64,000 bases of DNA from Octopus vulgaris (GCA_951406725.2 OX597817.1:141918001-141982000), one strand, 5' to 3'. Positions 43,430 to 56,505 are shown, counted from the stretch's first letter. Notes: generated from the sequence alone by a model not told the origin. Translations and numbers: made by a program.

Positions 43430-44880
43430 GTCACACAGCATACAATATCGTGAAGTTGTTGATTGAAGATTTTGTGTCTACTAGGAGTTTACACTGTTTG
43501 TCATGACACAACAAGGACCTCGGACAGACAGTTCTTGAGGCAATATGCGTGCAGTTCCAAGTAATGCCGACTTTTGCAATATATATAAATTTTAGGGTAT
43601 TTCTAATGCTTTCAGATGTTTTTTGTTTCTTCAGCTTTGGTAGTATTGAACCCAATGATCCGATGATGACAGGGATAAACTTTCTTTTCGACTCTCGTAG
43701 CTGCCACATCTTGGCTATCTCAATTCTCAGGTTTCCATATTTATCAACTTTTTCTCTTTCTTTCATGATAATATATTGATCTCCTAGCACTGCTACGTCA
43801 ATTATTAAGCACTCTTGTTTGTCCCTCTTAAATGTTACTATATCCGACGTTCGGTGCTCTAACACTTTGTCTATCTGGAAATCAAATTTCCAGAGGATTT
43901 TTGCCTTCCCGTTTTCGTCCATTACATTTTCCGGTGTATGTTTGTACCAAGCACCCGTAACCTTATATCTATACTTACGGCCAGTGGAGATTTTAGGCTA
44001 ATTTGTCGTGTCTATGCTTGTACTCTTTCTGCGCAAGACTTTCACAAGCACTAACAATGTGAGTCACGCTTTCGACCCTCTTCCCACACATTCTGCAGAA
44101 GTCCGTTGCACAAAATGTGGTATATACTTTTTTCACTGAGTTGGTATTCAATGCCTGGCCTTGGGCCGCGATGATTAGGCTTTCAGTATTCTTTTTTAAG
44201 TCACTCTTGTTAAGCCACCTCCATGATGCTACCTGGTCTTTTTATTTGTTGAATTCACGGTGGAACTGACCATGTAATTCCATGCGGAGTAGGGTTTCTT
44301 CTCTCTCGTTGGCTTTTCTTGTTCGGAAGTCATGAAAACTCCCAAGTCCATTTTTGTTAACTCCTTCTGTACTAGCAGCATAATGTAGCAGGTCTTCTTT
44401 GCTCTTTACTACCAAATATTCTGCCATGTTTCTTCTTTCACTGTTGCTGCAATCCCGTACGCTAATCTGCCCACGTCCATCTTTACCCCTCTTCATGTAG
44501 AAGCCTGCGTACATTCGCTTTAGGGTGGAGGGCACCATGCATTGTCATTGTCTTTCGGGTAGTACGATCGAGTTGCTCAATCTCCGCTTTTGTCCATCTC
44601 AGGATGGGTGCACTATAGCGGACTGCCGCAACAGCCCATATGTTGATGGCAGTCACAAGGTTCCTTTGATTTCAAGAGAAGTTTGAGGCGTTTGAATTAT
44701 GCATTGGTGACCTTGTCTTTCACTTTGCTGTGCAAGATATTGTCCAACTCCAGGCTCACAAGGTACATGTACCAATCATCATCCGGGTCTTCCATTCTCT
44801 CTACGTTTGGCAATTTTGTAATCCTACAATTTACCCTTTCCCCGCGCTTCAAATTAAGTACCGCACACTTCGAGATACCG
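43430..44880 (-). mobile_element. R4/Dong-clade fragment 2 (RT C-terminus to endonuclease)
   Basis: FGISKCAVL, AINIWAV..VRYS, LDRTTRK.MTMHGALHPK, GRGQISV, LHGQF, ESLIIAAQ, CRMCG...THIVSAC, RHDK, KILWKFDFQIDKVLEHRTSDIV, IIDVAV, PVIIGSLG; flanked by (TAA)n. Confidence 0.88.
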
Positions 44881-45122
44881 AATAATAATAGTAATAATAA
44901 TAACAATTATTATAATAGTTCTTCTTGTTCTTGTTCTTGTTCTTGTTGTTGTTCTTCTTCTTATTATTAATCAGTAGACTTATTTTTATCACGTGTTTTC
45001 ATTTCACTACCGAGCATAGCTCTGTGTGCTTAGGGTATATTCTGTGGTTTGTCGTGATGATCTTATTTTCACTGTATTGAAAGTTTTCACCATTATTGTT
45101 GTTGTTATTATTATTATTATTA

Positions 45123-45176
<54 letters not shown>

Positions 45177-45303
45177 GTTTAATTATCATAGTCTATTTGT
45201 CACACATTCTGTAACCTCTTGAATGAATAACTGTTTTTCTTATCTCCTCTCCTCTATGATTTTCTCTGTCTATTTCCGTCTTGCCATTCTGTGTAGTGAA
45301 AAT

Positions 45304-45525
45304 TTAATAATTGACGTAGCAGTGCTAGGAGATCAATATATTATCATGAAAGAAAGAGAAAAAGTTGATAAATATGGAAACCTGAGAATTGAGATAGCCA
45401 AGATGTGGCAGCTACGAGAGTCGAAAAGAAAGTTTATCCCTGTCATCATCGGATCATTGGGTTCAATACTACCAAAGCTGAAGAAACAAAAAACATCTGA
45501 AAGCATTAGAAATACCCTAAAATTT
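45304..45525 (+). repeat. 222-bp inverted duplicate of 43587-43808
   Basis: Appears identical by eye; same peptide IIDVAVLGDQ...RNTLKF in ORFs 43431-43922(-) and 45223-45540(+). Confidence 0.9.
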
Positions 45526-46429
45526 GTATTAACAGACTAAAGATAGATATTACGAAAGTCAAATAAAGAAAGACATCGTGTAATTCAACAAAACAAATGA
45601 AACACACAGTCTCCTGCCATAGTTATACGTAGACCCAAGACTTGTGAGGAAACCCAGGTAGACGAGAGCTGAGCGGAAGGTGTTTAGGTGGAATCTTTCA
45701 TGAGTCAATGAATCGGATTCGACACACACCCCTTTTGATGGTTACACTTGTCTATAAATCAATAACTCTATCGTAAAGTTGATCTGAAAACTAGAATACT
45801 TATCCTCAATACCAGAATGTAATGAACCATTTTGCTGCATTAATCCTTCATGCACAGAAAGACAATCCAATGCTTCAGCTGTGATTATTGGATTAACAGG
45901 ATTTGAATAGCATCCCACTTCCAAAATCATACAGGTGGAAAGAGTTAGCAAGTACTGCAGCAATGGACTTCAAAAGAACATACTTTCGCAAACAATGAAA
46001 TGGGAAAGCTGGCTTCTACGAGAGCAACTGAAGCAATAAAATATTATACAACAGAGAATGGTTGTGGAGGATATCTTCACTTCGAGTGTATATCTTGATC
46101 AATCTCTGTAGAAACAATATGATAAATGGTGAGCCAATGATAGGTTCTCTATGCAGTTACACCACAAATCCCCATAGGTGCAGGCGTGGCTGTGAGGTAA
46201 GAAGTTGGCTTCCCGACCACGTGGTTCTTGGTTTAGTCTCACTATGCGGCACCTTGGGCAAGTGTTATCCACCATAACTTTGGGCCGAGCAAGGCCTTCC
46301 AAGTGGATTGGTAAACGGAAGCCGAAAGAAAACCGTCGTATATATATCCTTCCATATGTGTGTGTATATATATGTATATATGTGTGTATATGTATGTATG
46401 CATTTATGTATGTATGTATGTATGTATGT

Positions 46430-47830
46430 CATTATACTTCTATTTCAAGATGTCATGCCAATAGAGAAAGAACCGGTTTCTAACCTAGATCCAAGGCTCC
46501 TTCATTGGAATTTCAACATTAAGAACAGGGTATTTTTGTATGCATGTATGTATCTATGTATGTATGTATTTAGGTATGTATGTATGTATGTATTATGTAT
46601 GCATGCATATATGTTTGTATGTATGCATGTATGTATGTGCAGATTTGTATGTTTATATATGTATTCTCATGAATTTAGTTACATATCTAGACATGCTTAT
46701 ATATATTTAAATGATAAACTTCTGGAAAGTTTTAAAGATCTTTACAGCTCAAGTGATGGATTGGATCTGTAGTCTTTGAATTAGCTATCTCCTTTCTGGT
46801 TTTGAGAAGCCTAATTTCTCAAGATTGGTATTTAGGCAGTTTGTTACATATCCCAGGGCCCCAATAATTAGAGGATAGAGTAATTGCAGATTTCTAAATA
46901 GTTCAGCATAGGTATTCTGGTTTTCACTGATTTTCAGCTTTATGTTAACATCCGCTGGACATCTAATTTCCACAACTGTGCACACTTTCTCTTCTCTATC
47001 CCAAATTCTTATATGAATTCTGTTGTGCTTACTTTTTGTTGAGGTCTTCACTGGTACATTCCACCAGTATTCCTTTTTATTATGAGTGGCTATGGGCTCT
47101 GCCATATTGTGGGGTTTTACATTTTTGTCATTGGGATTATCCTTCTGACGTATTGCATTATAGAGTGTCCTAACTAAAACATCATGTCTCATCGGAAGAT
47201 AATATAGTGATGACATTTTCGGACAACTGCTTTTGATGTAGGAGATATCTTCGGTGTTAACTCCACAAAGTCTGCATCGGTTGTCACATTTTACGGCTTT
47301 TCCTGCATATCTATCCTTTTTCTGCATCAGGTACTTGGTTGATATTTCCTGTTCTTGGATGGCAAACGCATACCTTTCAAAATGGCAGGTAGTAATCCGG
47401 CTATTCTTCCATAATAAACTGCTTTGATGAATGATGTTACTATCACCTCGGAGCTTTCTACTAACATATCCATGTATAGTCTTCTGCTCATATAGGCTCA
47501 TCCTTTCATCTGACGATACGTTGCGGTAGAGTCATGCTACTTCTTTGGGCATGTATTTAAGGTTATCAGACAATGACTGCTGCAGAAGGAGCTGCCTTCC
47601 AAGTCCTATGATGTTATCAGCCTGATGTACGCAAAATTGATCAAGAGATGAACTTCGACACTTGGTGGTTAAAAGAGGTTACCAAAGAGATATGATGCGA
47701 CATTCAAAGGCATTTTGAATAGATGTTAAGCCTCTGCCATCTCGTTTTCTTTTTTGATAGTGGCGGTCTACGCCACTGTTTATGAGAAAATTATCTGTGC
47801 TTGTTAGTATCTTCCGGGTTTTCACTAGAA
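46430..47830 (-). mobile_element. R4/Dong-clade fragment 3 (different family), embedded in (GTAT)n
   Basis: GRGLTSI, IHGYV, FAIQEQEISTKY, CRLCG....ISYIKSSC, RHDV, YWWNVPVKT...HNR, VVEIRCP, IIGALG (ORF 46785-47501); probable 3'UTR to ~46430. Confidence 0.8.
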
Positions 47831-47946
47831 TTTACTCGGATCTCATAAAGTGTCCATTCAAGCAGCTCAAATTTTGGTATGAGTACTGGCACTGCAGCAC
47901 ATTCTGGGCCACTGTTTTATTCAATGCAGGGAGTTCTGAGGTCCAA

Positions 47947-47984
<38 letters not shown>

Positions 47985-47987
<3 letters not shown>

Positions 47988-48786
47988 CATAGTAAATAGG
48001 GTAATAAAAAATTAATTATTATTACCAGTGACCCAGCACAAAAGACGAATTAGTCATTAGACTATATATTATTCATATAGAAATACAATAAAATGCTTCA
48101 AATAAAGAAGCGCTGTGCTAGACACACAAAAAGGGATAAATTCATGAAAGGAATGAACATTAAAAACGTTTACCATCTCAGCTAATCCTAGACCGACGGT
48201 TTCATCTATTTTTTACAAACAAACAGAATATATCTGCCAAGGCAAGAATCATCAGTAGGGAGCATTCATAATCCTAGATGTACAGACCGTTTGAAGTACG
48301 TGGAAATCTAACGGTTTGTATACCCTAACTTTTCAAACCAGTGCGCAGACACAAGAATAATATATAGTCTAATGACTAATTCGTCTTTTGTGCGGGGTCA
48401 CTGGTAATAATAATTTATTTTTTATTACCCTATTTACTATGTTTAAATATTGCTCGATCAATTTGCTCGTAAATTTTTTACCGGCATCCTCTCTGTCGCC
48501 GGGTATGATTTGCGTCTGCGCACTGGTTTGAAAAGTTAGGGTATACAAATCATTAGATTTGCACGTGCTTCTAACGGTCTGTACATCTAGGATTATGAAG
48601 GCTCCCTACTGATGATTCTTGCCTTGGCAGATAAATTCTGTTTGTTTGCTAAAAATAGATGAAACCGTCGGTCTAGGATTAGCTGAGATGGTAAACGTTT
48701 TTTAATTTTCATTCCTTTCATGAATTTATCCCTTTTTGTGTGTCTAGCACAGCGCTTCTTTATTTGGAAGCCTTTTATTGTATTTC

Positions 48787-48790
<4 letters not shown>
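47985..48790. mobile_element. Non-coding fold-back PLE-like element, arrangement A-B'-A'-C-B, with a hammerhead on each strand
   Basis: 47985-48073 is inverted at 48354-48444; 48074-48353 is inverted at ~48510-48790; inserted in (GTAT)n. Confidence 0.75.
48605..48677 (+). ncRNA. Type I hammerhead ribozyme (mirror copy on minus strand at 48187-48259)
   Basis: ccta-CTGATGA(48609-15)...GAAA(48661-64)-ccgtcg-GTC(48671-73)-tagg; stem III accg/cggt is near-palindromic; stem II closure is imperfect (tct/aga after a T-T mismatch). Confidence 0.65.
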
Positions 48791-48818
<28 letters not shown>

Positions 48819-49371
48819 TGTATGTATGTATGTATGTATGTATGTATGTATTCATGTATGTATGTATGCATGCATGTATGTATGTATGTATAAATATTTC
48901 TATCTGTGACTATCCACAACTACCGCTTTTGCCCAATCGTTACTTTACTGGGACCAGTTTTCAAAGGATGGTAGAAAACAAACACGAACTCAAAGACACA
49001 AACACACACAAACACACACACATGCATGCATGCATGCATACATACATACATACATACATACATACATACATACATACATACATTCATACATGGCGGCCTT
49101 ATTTCAGTTACCATCTACCAAATTCAAACCCAAGCCTATAATAGAAGACATTTGCCCAAGATACCACAGAGTGGGACTGAATCGTAACAATGTACTTGGG
49201 GTCAAATCTCTTACTACACAGCACGGCCTGCACCTGTTCACAAATAGCAAGGTACATGTATAATCCTCGACCCCTACACCACTTTCAATTCCTTTTCATC
49301 AGACGCCAGGCAACATAGAAATTTCAAAATCTGGAAAATCAGTTCATGAAAATTGCAACCTAGAAATGAAG

Positions 49372-49757
49372 ATTCTTTTCTACTCTAGACACAAGGCCCG
49401 AAATTTGGTGAGAAGGGGGCCAGTCGATTAGATAGACTTCAGTGCGTAACTGGTACTTAATTTATCGACCTTGAAACAATGAAAGGCAAAGTCAACCTCA
49501 GCGGAATTTGAACTCAGAACGTAGCGGCAGACGAAATACCTATTTCTTTACTACTCACAAGGGGCTACACACAGAGGGGAGAAATAAGGACAGACAAACG
49601 GATCAAGTCGATTACATCGAACCTCAGTGCGTAACTGGTACGAAAGGATGGAAGGCAAAATCGACATCGGCGGTATTTGAACTCAGAACGTAACGGCAGA
49701 CGAAATATGGCTACGCATTTCGCCCGGCGTGCTAACGTTTCTGCCAGTCGCCGCCTT
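49372..49757 (-). mobile_element. SINE family B tandem (2 units)
   Basis: Same units and junction as the other arrays. Confidence 0.85.
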
Positions 49758-50333
49758 AATCTAAAAATGAAGATTGTAAACTTCATGAACCCCATTGCTG
49801 CTTTGCACGCACGCTACACGAATGTAAATCTCATGTCAGAGAGCTTCAGAATGTCTCTAGCGCTGACATTCTGAAGGGAAAATCTGTATAAAGATATGTT
49901 ACCCGATGTAAAAAACGTAGCATTTGAGACAAAGAAGCCACTTGCCATCCTGAAGATGAGGCTGGTTGATAGATCTTATGAAATTTTACGTTCCAGGTGA
50001 AATATAGGGGCTGATACGCAGATATGAAATGCCTTTGATAAAACGGATCCAATTAAAACATAGTGGTGGCGTAGAAAAGCTTCTTCCCACATACACAGCC
50101 TTACATACATTTATATAGAGAGACACAAATACACACATACATACACACGCGACGCACATGCAGTAATATAAGATTTGAAAAATGTATATTAATATATTGT
50201 GCTGTAAATGTCACAACGCATACTCAATATATTTGTTGTATGAAAAAGTGCCAGTCTACTCTGAGTTTCACCATTGCTTTGATACCTGTCTATCTATCGA
50301 CTTATCTATCTCTTTCTCTCTCTCTCTCTCTCC

Positions 50334-50396
<63 letters not shown>

Positions 50397-51589
50397 ACTA
50401 TATAGAGAGACAGACAACGACAGAGACACAGAGAGACTGTGAGAGAGAAGGAGATGGAGAGATAAAGGGAGACTTACATACGCATCAATATAATGAAATA
50501 TTCCATGCAAATGATATTGAGAACTTACTAAATAGAGGTAACCACTTCTCAGTTTTCATTCATCCACTGTACATTAAGTTTAATCAATGATAACTGAACT
50601 AATATATGTATTTTGTGAGACTACGAAATCAAATCTCCAGCACTAAACTACTGCTGTGAACAATTTCTACTGGTTTATTATCAAGTTTTATTTTACAACA
50701 TTAATAATTCGAATACAGTGCATATATATTACTTGTTAAGAATATATCAACAACACAGTTCTGAAAGAACTATAAAGACTATATCTATTTATATGTTTGT
50801 AGCTTTGAATTAGCACACAAAATGGCTTCCATATTACTTTCGTAATCCACACCAGCATTTCTTTCCTAAAATCCTAAACAATATTCTCGATGCGATACAG
50901 TATATTATTGCATAAAATGTAATCAATATTATAAATAAGCTAGTGTTTGGGGGAAGTCTTGCGGACTAACATACTCCCCAAGTTTTGTATATTATTAAAA
51001 ACGAATTATTGTTATACTGTGCTGGAGGAAATGGGTATGCAAATTAAATTATATTATAAATTATTTATTGTTGTAAAAGCGAATCCCTACACGCTAGGTT
51101 TGAGAGAGACTGAATATATATTGGTAAAGTTTCTAAGGAAATGACTGTGAGGTAAATAACATAATATATGAAGTTTATACCCCCTCCAGTCAACTAGAAG
51201 CAGAAAACAATAAATAAACGTGTATTCTATACCTTAATATGACGCCTCACTCTGATATGCTGACAAACAAAATACTACGCTGTTCTCAATCTTTCTTCAT
51301 CAAGTCTACGCTGACTGAGCCGTTAAGAAATACATCGGTAATTGGCATGACTGTGAAGTTTAGAAACTGGGTTCGCAAATACATGATTTCTCATTTAATA
51401 GCACTGCTACGCGTCTTGGCTTTGGTTAGTCATACCAGTTGCCTGCTTTGGTTAACCCACTAATCTGTTTGCAGTGGCGTTTTGTAGATATAACCAATGT
51501 TTAAGCTCATCCAAGATATCTTTGCCCTTCATGGATGGTAAATATGATTTACCACTTGGTTTAACATTACCTTCTATTTCATTATTTGA

Positions 51590-51903
51590 AGACGCGTAGC
51601 TTAGTAGTGATGCATTCAGCTCTCGATCGCCAGGTCGTGAATTCAATTCCGAGTGACACATTGTGTCCTTGAGCAAGACACTTTATTTCACGTTGCTCCA
51701 GTCCACTCAGCTGGCAAAAATGAGTAGTACCTGTATTTAAAAGGGCCATCCTTGTCACATTCTGTGTCACGCTGAATCTCCCTGAGAACTTAAGGGTACA
51801 CGTGTCTGTAGAGTGATCAGCCACTTGCATGTAAATTTCATGAGCAAGCTGTTCGGTTGATCGTATCAGCTGGGACCCTCGTCGTCGTAACCGACTGAGT
51901 GCT
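51590..51903 (+). mobile_element. tRNA-derived SINE family D
   Basis: gcgtagcttagtagtg...gaattcaattcc head, ttgtgtccttgagcaagacac core, tail gaccctcgtcgtcgtaaccgac; inverted copy at 58850-59160. Confidence 0.8.
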
Positions 51904-52102
51904 TCTCCCATTTCATTAGTGACAGAAGGTAATGGCAAGCATTCTAGTCGAGGGTCTAAACCAGTGGTTCAGAACCGAGGTCTATATGACCCTGTGGGGT
52001 ACATAACAGATTATGTTCTTAAAATTTATGTGCCATAAACTGTATATATTTCGATAATACAGAAAATATTCAAACATTTTTTTTTGGATAAAATTCCTAA
52101 TA

Positions 52103-52570
52103 CAGTAATCACTCCACTATCGCGGGTGTTACGTTCCAAAACATCCTACGATAGGGGAAAATCCGCGAAGTAGAAAGAGTACTGAATGTTTTTTTATTAT
52201 TTTTATACTTTGTATATATTTATTTTATTATAAATGCAAAACACCACCACACACTCGCCTCTCGAGTTTCGTTTTCCATACAGTATGTGCGATCGTTTAC
52301 TCATCTACGGTACACTACGTATTTTCTTTTAATACATATTAGTTAATATGTTATAAAGTGCTCTACTTTTATTTATTGGCTTATTAAATTTTAGGCATGA
52401 AAATGCAAATTTTACCGCATAAATAATTAGAATTATATAAATATCTATCGGCCGCAGAAACCTGCGATATGCCGAAGAGTCCACGATATGAATTTACATA
52501 GATTAACCAGAAGAATCCGCGATGTACTGAGGGCGCAATAGGTGAACCGTGATATAGTGAGTGATTACTC
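52103..52570 (+). mobile_element. Tigger/pogo-like MITE, copy 1
   Basis: ta-cagtaatcactc...gagtgattactc-ta TIRs with TA flanks; homologous copy in the opposite orientation at 56040-56505. Confidence 0.8.
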
Positions 52571-52724
52571 TAACATTTAATCATAAAACATAACGACGTT
52601 TTAATGACATCTCTACAGGTTTTCTATAGAAATTATAGCCAACACTGATTTTGTTACGACGTTTTGTATCCGAGACACCAGATGTAAACAAACAACGAGA
52701 TCGAGGTTGAAAAAAATGGGTAAC

Positions 52725-53035
52725 GGGCGTTAGGAGTGTTTATTGAGCGAAAGCATCTTAAGCTCCATGAGGCTCCGGCAGGGAGTGGGAGGCGAACCCT
52801 GCTGTTCTCTCTCTCACCACAAATTTCTCCCTCTTTTTTCCTGTTTCTGTTGTACCTGTATTTCAAAGGGCCAGCCTTTTCATACTCTGTATCACGCTGA
52901 ATCGCCCCGAGAAGTAAGTTAAGGGTACACGTGTCTGTGGAGTGCTCAACCACTTGCACGGTAATTTCACGAGCAGGCTGTTCCATTAATTGGACCAACT
53001 GGAACCCTTGTCGTCGTAACCGACGGAGCGCCACG
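52725..53035 (+). mobile_element. Chimeric SINE: family C body with family D tail
   Basis: gtgtttattgagcgaaa..cttaagctccatgaggctccggcagg (as at 840-890), then gtacctgtatttcaaagggcc...cgtcgtaaccgacggag (as at 51728-51900). Confidence 0.7.
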
Positions 53036-53721
53036 AAATGCTTGAATGATATGTTATATGATCACATAAATAGATGAAAACAATGTTTATGGCCATATAT
53101 ACACTTCCTTCCAGAACACTTTAATATTTGATGTTTTAATCTATTCTTATCAACCCTGCATAAATTAATGAGATGATAATACGAGACAATGTTTTATATG
53201 TCCACTAACACCCTGTCATATGAACATCAAGTCACGATTAATTGAACACAGACAAAATTAGTTATCGTTTTTTTTTTCTTTTTTATCCCTGGCCTAAATA
53301 ATATAAGTATATCTTGATATCAGACACAGTATTATATGCAATAGCAAAAGGAAAATTGATACCTGGCCAGAATAGAGTATCGATACGCACTTTCTCGACG
53401 GAAATGGAAGCAACATTTAATATAAGTTATACGGATAAACAGCTAAACCAATCAGTTTTAAGAGAAATATAAGGAATTCTGAAACCAGTCACTTAAATCG
53501 AAATGAAATGTGTGCATTTATAACTGAATAAGACTGATTATAGGGCACAGAAAGTGTGTCAATAGCCAGCTGGAGGAAGTGTCCTCCTGAGGCTACAAGC
53601 TACAGTAGCATCCACTCTTAAGTGTTAGCCACATTTAAGTGCCAAATATACTTCACGATGTCGTGCAGCTACTGTTTATATCTCGCTCAGAGATTTATTA
53701 CTGATGAAGTAATAAAGCAAA

Positions 53722-54385
53722 TATTCTTTTCTACTTTAGGTACAGGGCCCGAAATTTTGGGGGAGGGGGCTAGTCGATTAGATCGACTCCAGTACGCAGC
53801 TGGTAATTATTTTATCGACCCCGAAAGGAGGAAAGGCAAAGTCGACCTCGGCAGAATTTGAACTCAGAACGTAGCAGCAGACGAAATACCTATTTCTTTA
53901 CTATCCACAAGGTGCTAAACACAGAAAGGACAAACAAGGACAGACAAACGGATTAAGTGGATTATATCGACCCCAGTGCGTAACTGGTACTTATTTAATC
54001 GACCCCGAAAGGATGAAAGGCAAAGTGGACTTCGGCGGAATTTGAACTCAGAACGTAACAGCAGACGAAATACGGCTACGCATTTCACCCGGTGCGCTAA
54101 CGTTTCTGCCAGCTCGCCACATTAATAAAGTAAATATTCTGAAATAGAAAACTGAACGCCAGTTGTTTAAGTTTATTATGAACTCTCAGACTAAGGCAGC
54201 GAGCTAACAGAATCGTTAGTCTGTTGGGAAAAATTCTTAGCGGTGTTTTCATTCTGAGTTCAAATTTCTCCGAGGTCGACTGTGCTTTTCATCCTTTCCA
54301 GGTCGATAAATAAAGTACCAGTTTAGCACTGGGGTCGATGTAATTCCCAAAATGGCTGCCCTTATGGTTAAATGTGAAATTATTA
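53722..54385. mobile_element. SINE family B tandem (53722-54121 minus) and a plus-strand copy (54192-54385)
   Basis: Homology to family B. Confidence 0.85.
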
Positions 54386-54602
54386 TGAACTTCCAAAGTA
54401 ACTTTTACATTAATGTATGTCACTCACTGTATTAGTATTCTTAAACCGGAAAAATGTGACAATCAGCACTACTTTGTGAAGTAATTTGAAATGTAGTAGA
54501 GAAACATGGAGGAGCACGACTTTTAGACTCATGAACATAAAAATGTGGTTTCGATATCTGGAGTGGTCGACGTTTCGTGTTCTTGAGGAAAACACTTAAT
54601 TT

Positions 54603-54745
54603 AATACATTATTTACATTCGACGGATATTTGTCCTCATCTTGTTTGTTGTTAACACAACGTTTCGTCTGATATACCCTCCAGCCTTCATCAGGTGTCTT
54701 GGGGAAATTTCGAACCTGGGTTCTCATTCCTAAGGTATTTTTCGA

Positions 54746-54779
<34 letters not shown>

Positions 54780-54808
54780 ATAACATCGAAAAATACATTA
54801 GAAATGAG

Positions 54809-54876
<68 letters not shown>

Positions 54877-54978
54877 TCCATCGAAAAATACCTTAAGAAT
54901 GAGAACCCAGGTTCGAAATTTCCTGAAGACACTTGATGAAGGCTGGAGGGTATATCAGCCGAAAGGTTTAACAACAAA
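54603..54978. mobile_element. Fold-back PLE-like terminal-repeat remnant around (ATT)n/(AAT)n
   Basis: ~54645-54750 is inverted at ~54879-54978; third partial copy at 54781-54810. Confidence 0.75.
54653..54698 (-). ncRNA. Minimal type I hammerhead ribozyme (degenerate mirror copy at 54928-54970 plus)
   Basis: Minus strand: gacac-CTGATGA-aggctg[gagggtatat]cagac-GAAA-cgt-t-gtgtt; stem III is reduced to the palindrome ACGT. Confidence 0.6.
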
Positions 54979-56039
54979 GTGGTTCTGTTTGGGGGATTGA
55001 AACCGTAATATTTTCCCTATGGAAGAACTATCTGAGCCATTATGAAAGCACACAATATTTATAAACATTCATCCTGTCTTTTGTTTTTTAATAGTGTTTT
55101 CTATTGAGATGCAGTAGATTTATGTCAACGACCAGGTCACGGAAGTGCGACAACAATGCTTTGAACATTTCATAGCAAACAATACAATAATAATAATAAA
55201 TAAAGAGTACAGTGTTTATATGTTCTTAAATTAATACAATGACTTTTCAAAGTAGTTTGTTAAAGTAAAAATATTATCGCGGTACTTGTGAATGTTGATT
55301 GAAACACACTAAGCACCAATGTTGTAAAGATCTCCGGTAAAATACAAATGTGCTTGTTACTTGCAAAGAATGTTTAGTTCATCATTTGTTCTGTAATTTT
55401 GTTATTAGACAACTCATTATTTCCTTCTTGTGTTATTTAGTACTTTCTCTTAACAGTTCATTACTTTTGGCCAAAGTAATTATTACAACTATACCTAATC
55501 GCCACAATGAAATTGTTTAGTCTCTCCGCTACTTCACTTTTTTTTTCGTTATTTCTTTTTTGTTTCATTTTGCTTTGATGCTTGTTTCAAAATCTCTTTG
55601 CATACTTTTGGATTTTCTTCCTGTTTTCCTATGATCTTTAGAAGTTGTTTGTTTCTATTCTTATCTTATTTTTAAACTTGCTTCATTGTGAATATTCAAT
55701 AGATGTTAAACAAATAAACAGAACTTTACTTAAAGAACTATTACAAATTCATTTCCTTTTCTTATACAATAATTTAAAGACTTGATTAAAACATCTATAA
55801 ACAGACTCGGCTATTTTTATTTTCTAAACTGAGAACAAATAAAACTAAAATAAATTATGCTGTATTTCGATATCTTCCACTATATATTTCGTTAGTGTTT
55901 CTCCATTTTGTCTTACTTTCAACGGATTTCATTTCCCTTTGTCCCTCTCATTTTTCAAACTCCTTTCTCTCTCTTCTAATTATGACATTGATACTATTTT
56001 TTCCTTTACTTCAAAAGAGTTGTTCACTGCCTAAATATA

Positions 56040-56505
56040 CAGTCATCACTCGCTATATCACGATTCACCTATCGCGCACTCAGTACATCGCGGATTTTTC
56101 TGGCTGATACATGTAAATTTATATCACGGACTCCTCAGTATATCGCGGTTTTCTGTGGCCGATAGGCATGTATATTCTTTTTTTAAGATTTTATTTCTTT
56201 GTGATAAAATTAGCATTTTCATGCCATCAAATTAATACATGAAAATACAGTATAGTAGTGCACCGTATAATACATTAATTAAAAGAAAATATGCAGTGTA
56301 TGGTAGATGAGTAAACAAAGAATCGCACATACTGGATAGAAAACTGAACTCGGGAGGCGAGTGTGTGGTGTTGTTTTGCATTTATAATAAAATATGTGCA
56401 AATTATAAAAATAAATACAGTACAGCCCTGTTTCTACTTCGCGGATTTTCCCCTATCGCGGGGGATTTGGGGAACGTAACACCTGCGGTAGTCGAGGGAT
56501 TACTG
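56040..56505 (-). mobile_element. Tigger/pogo-like MITE, copy 2
   Basis: ta-cagtcatcactcgctatatc...cgagggattactg; interior is the reverse complement of 52103-52570. Confidence 0.8.
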
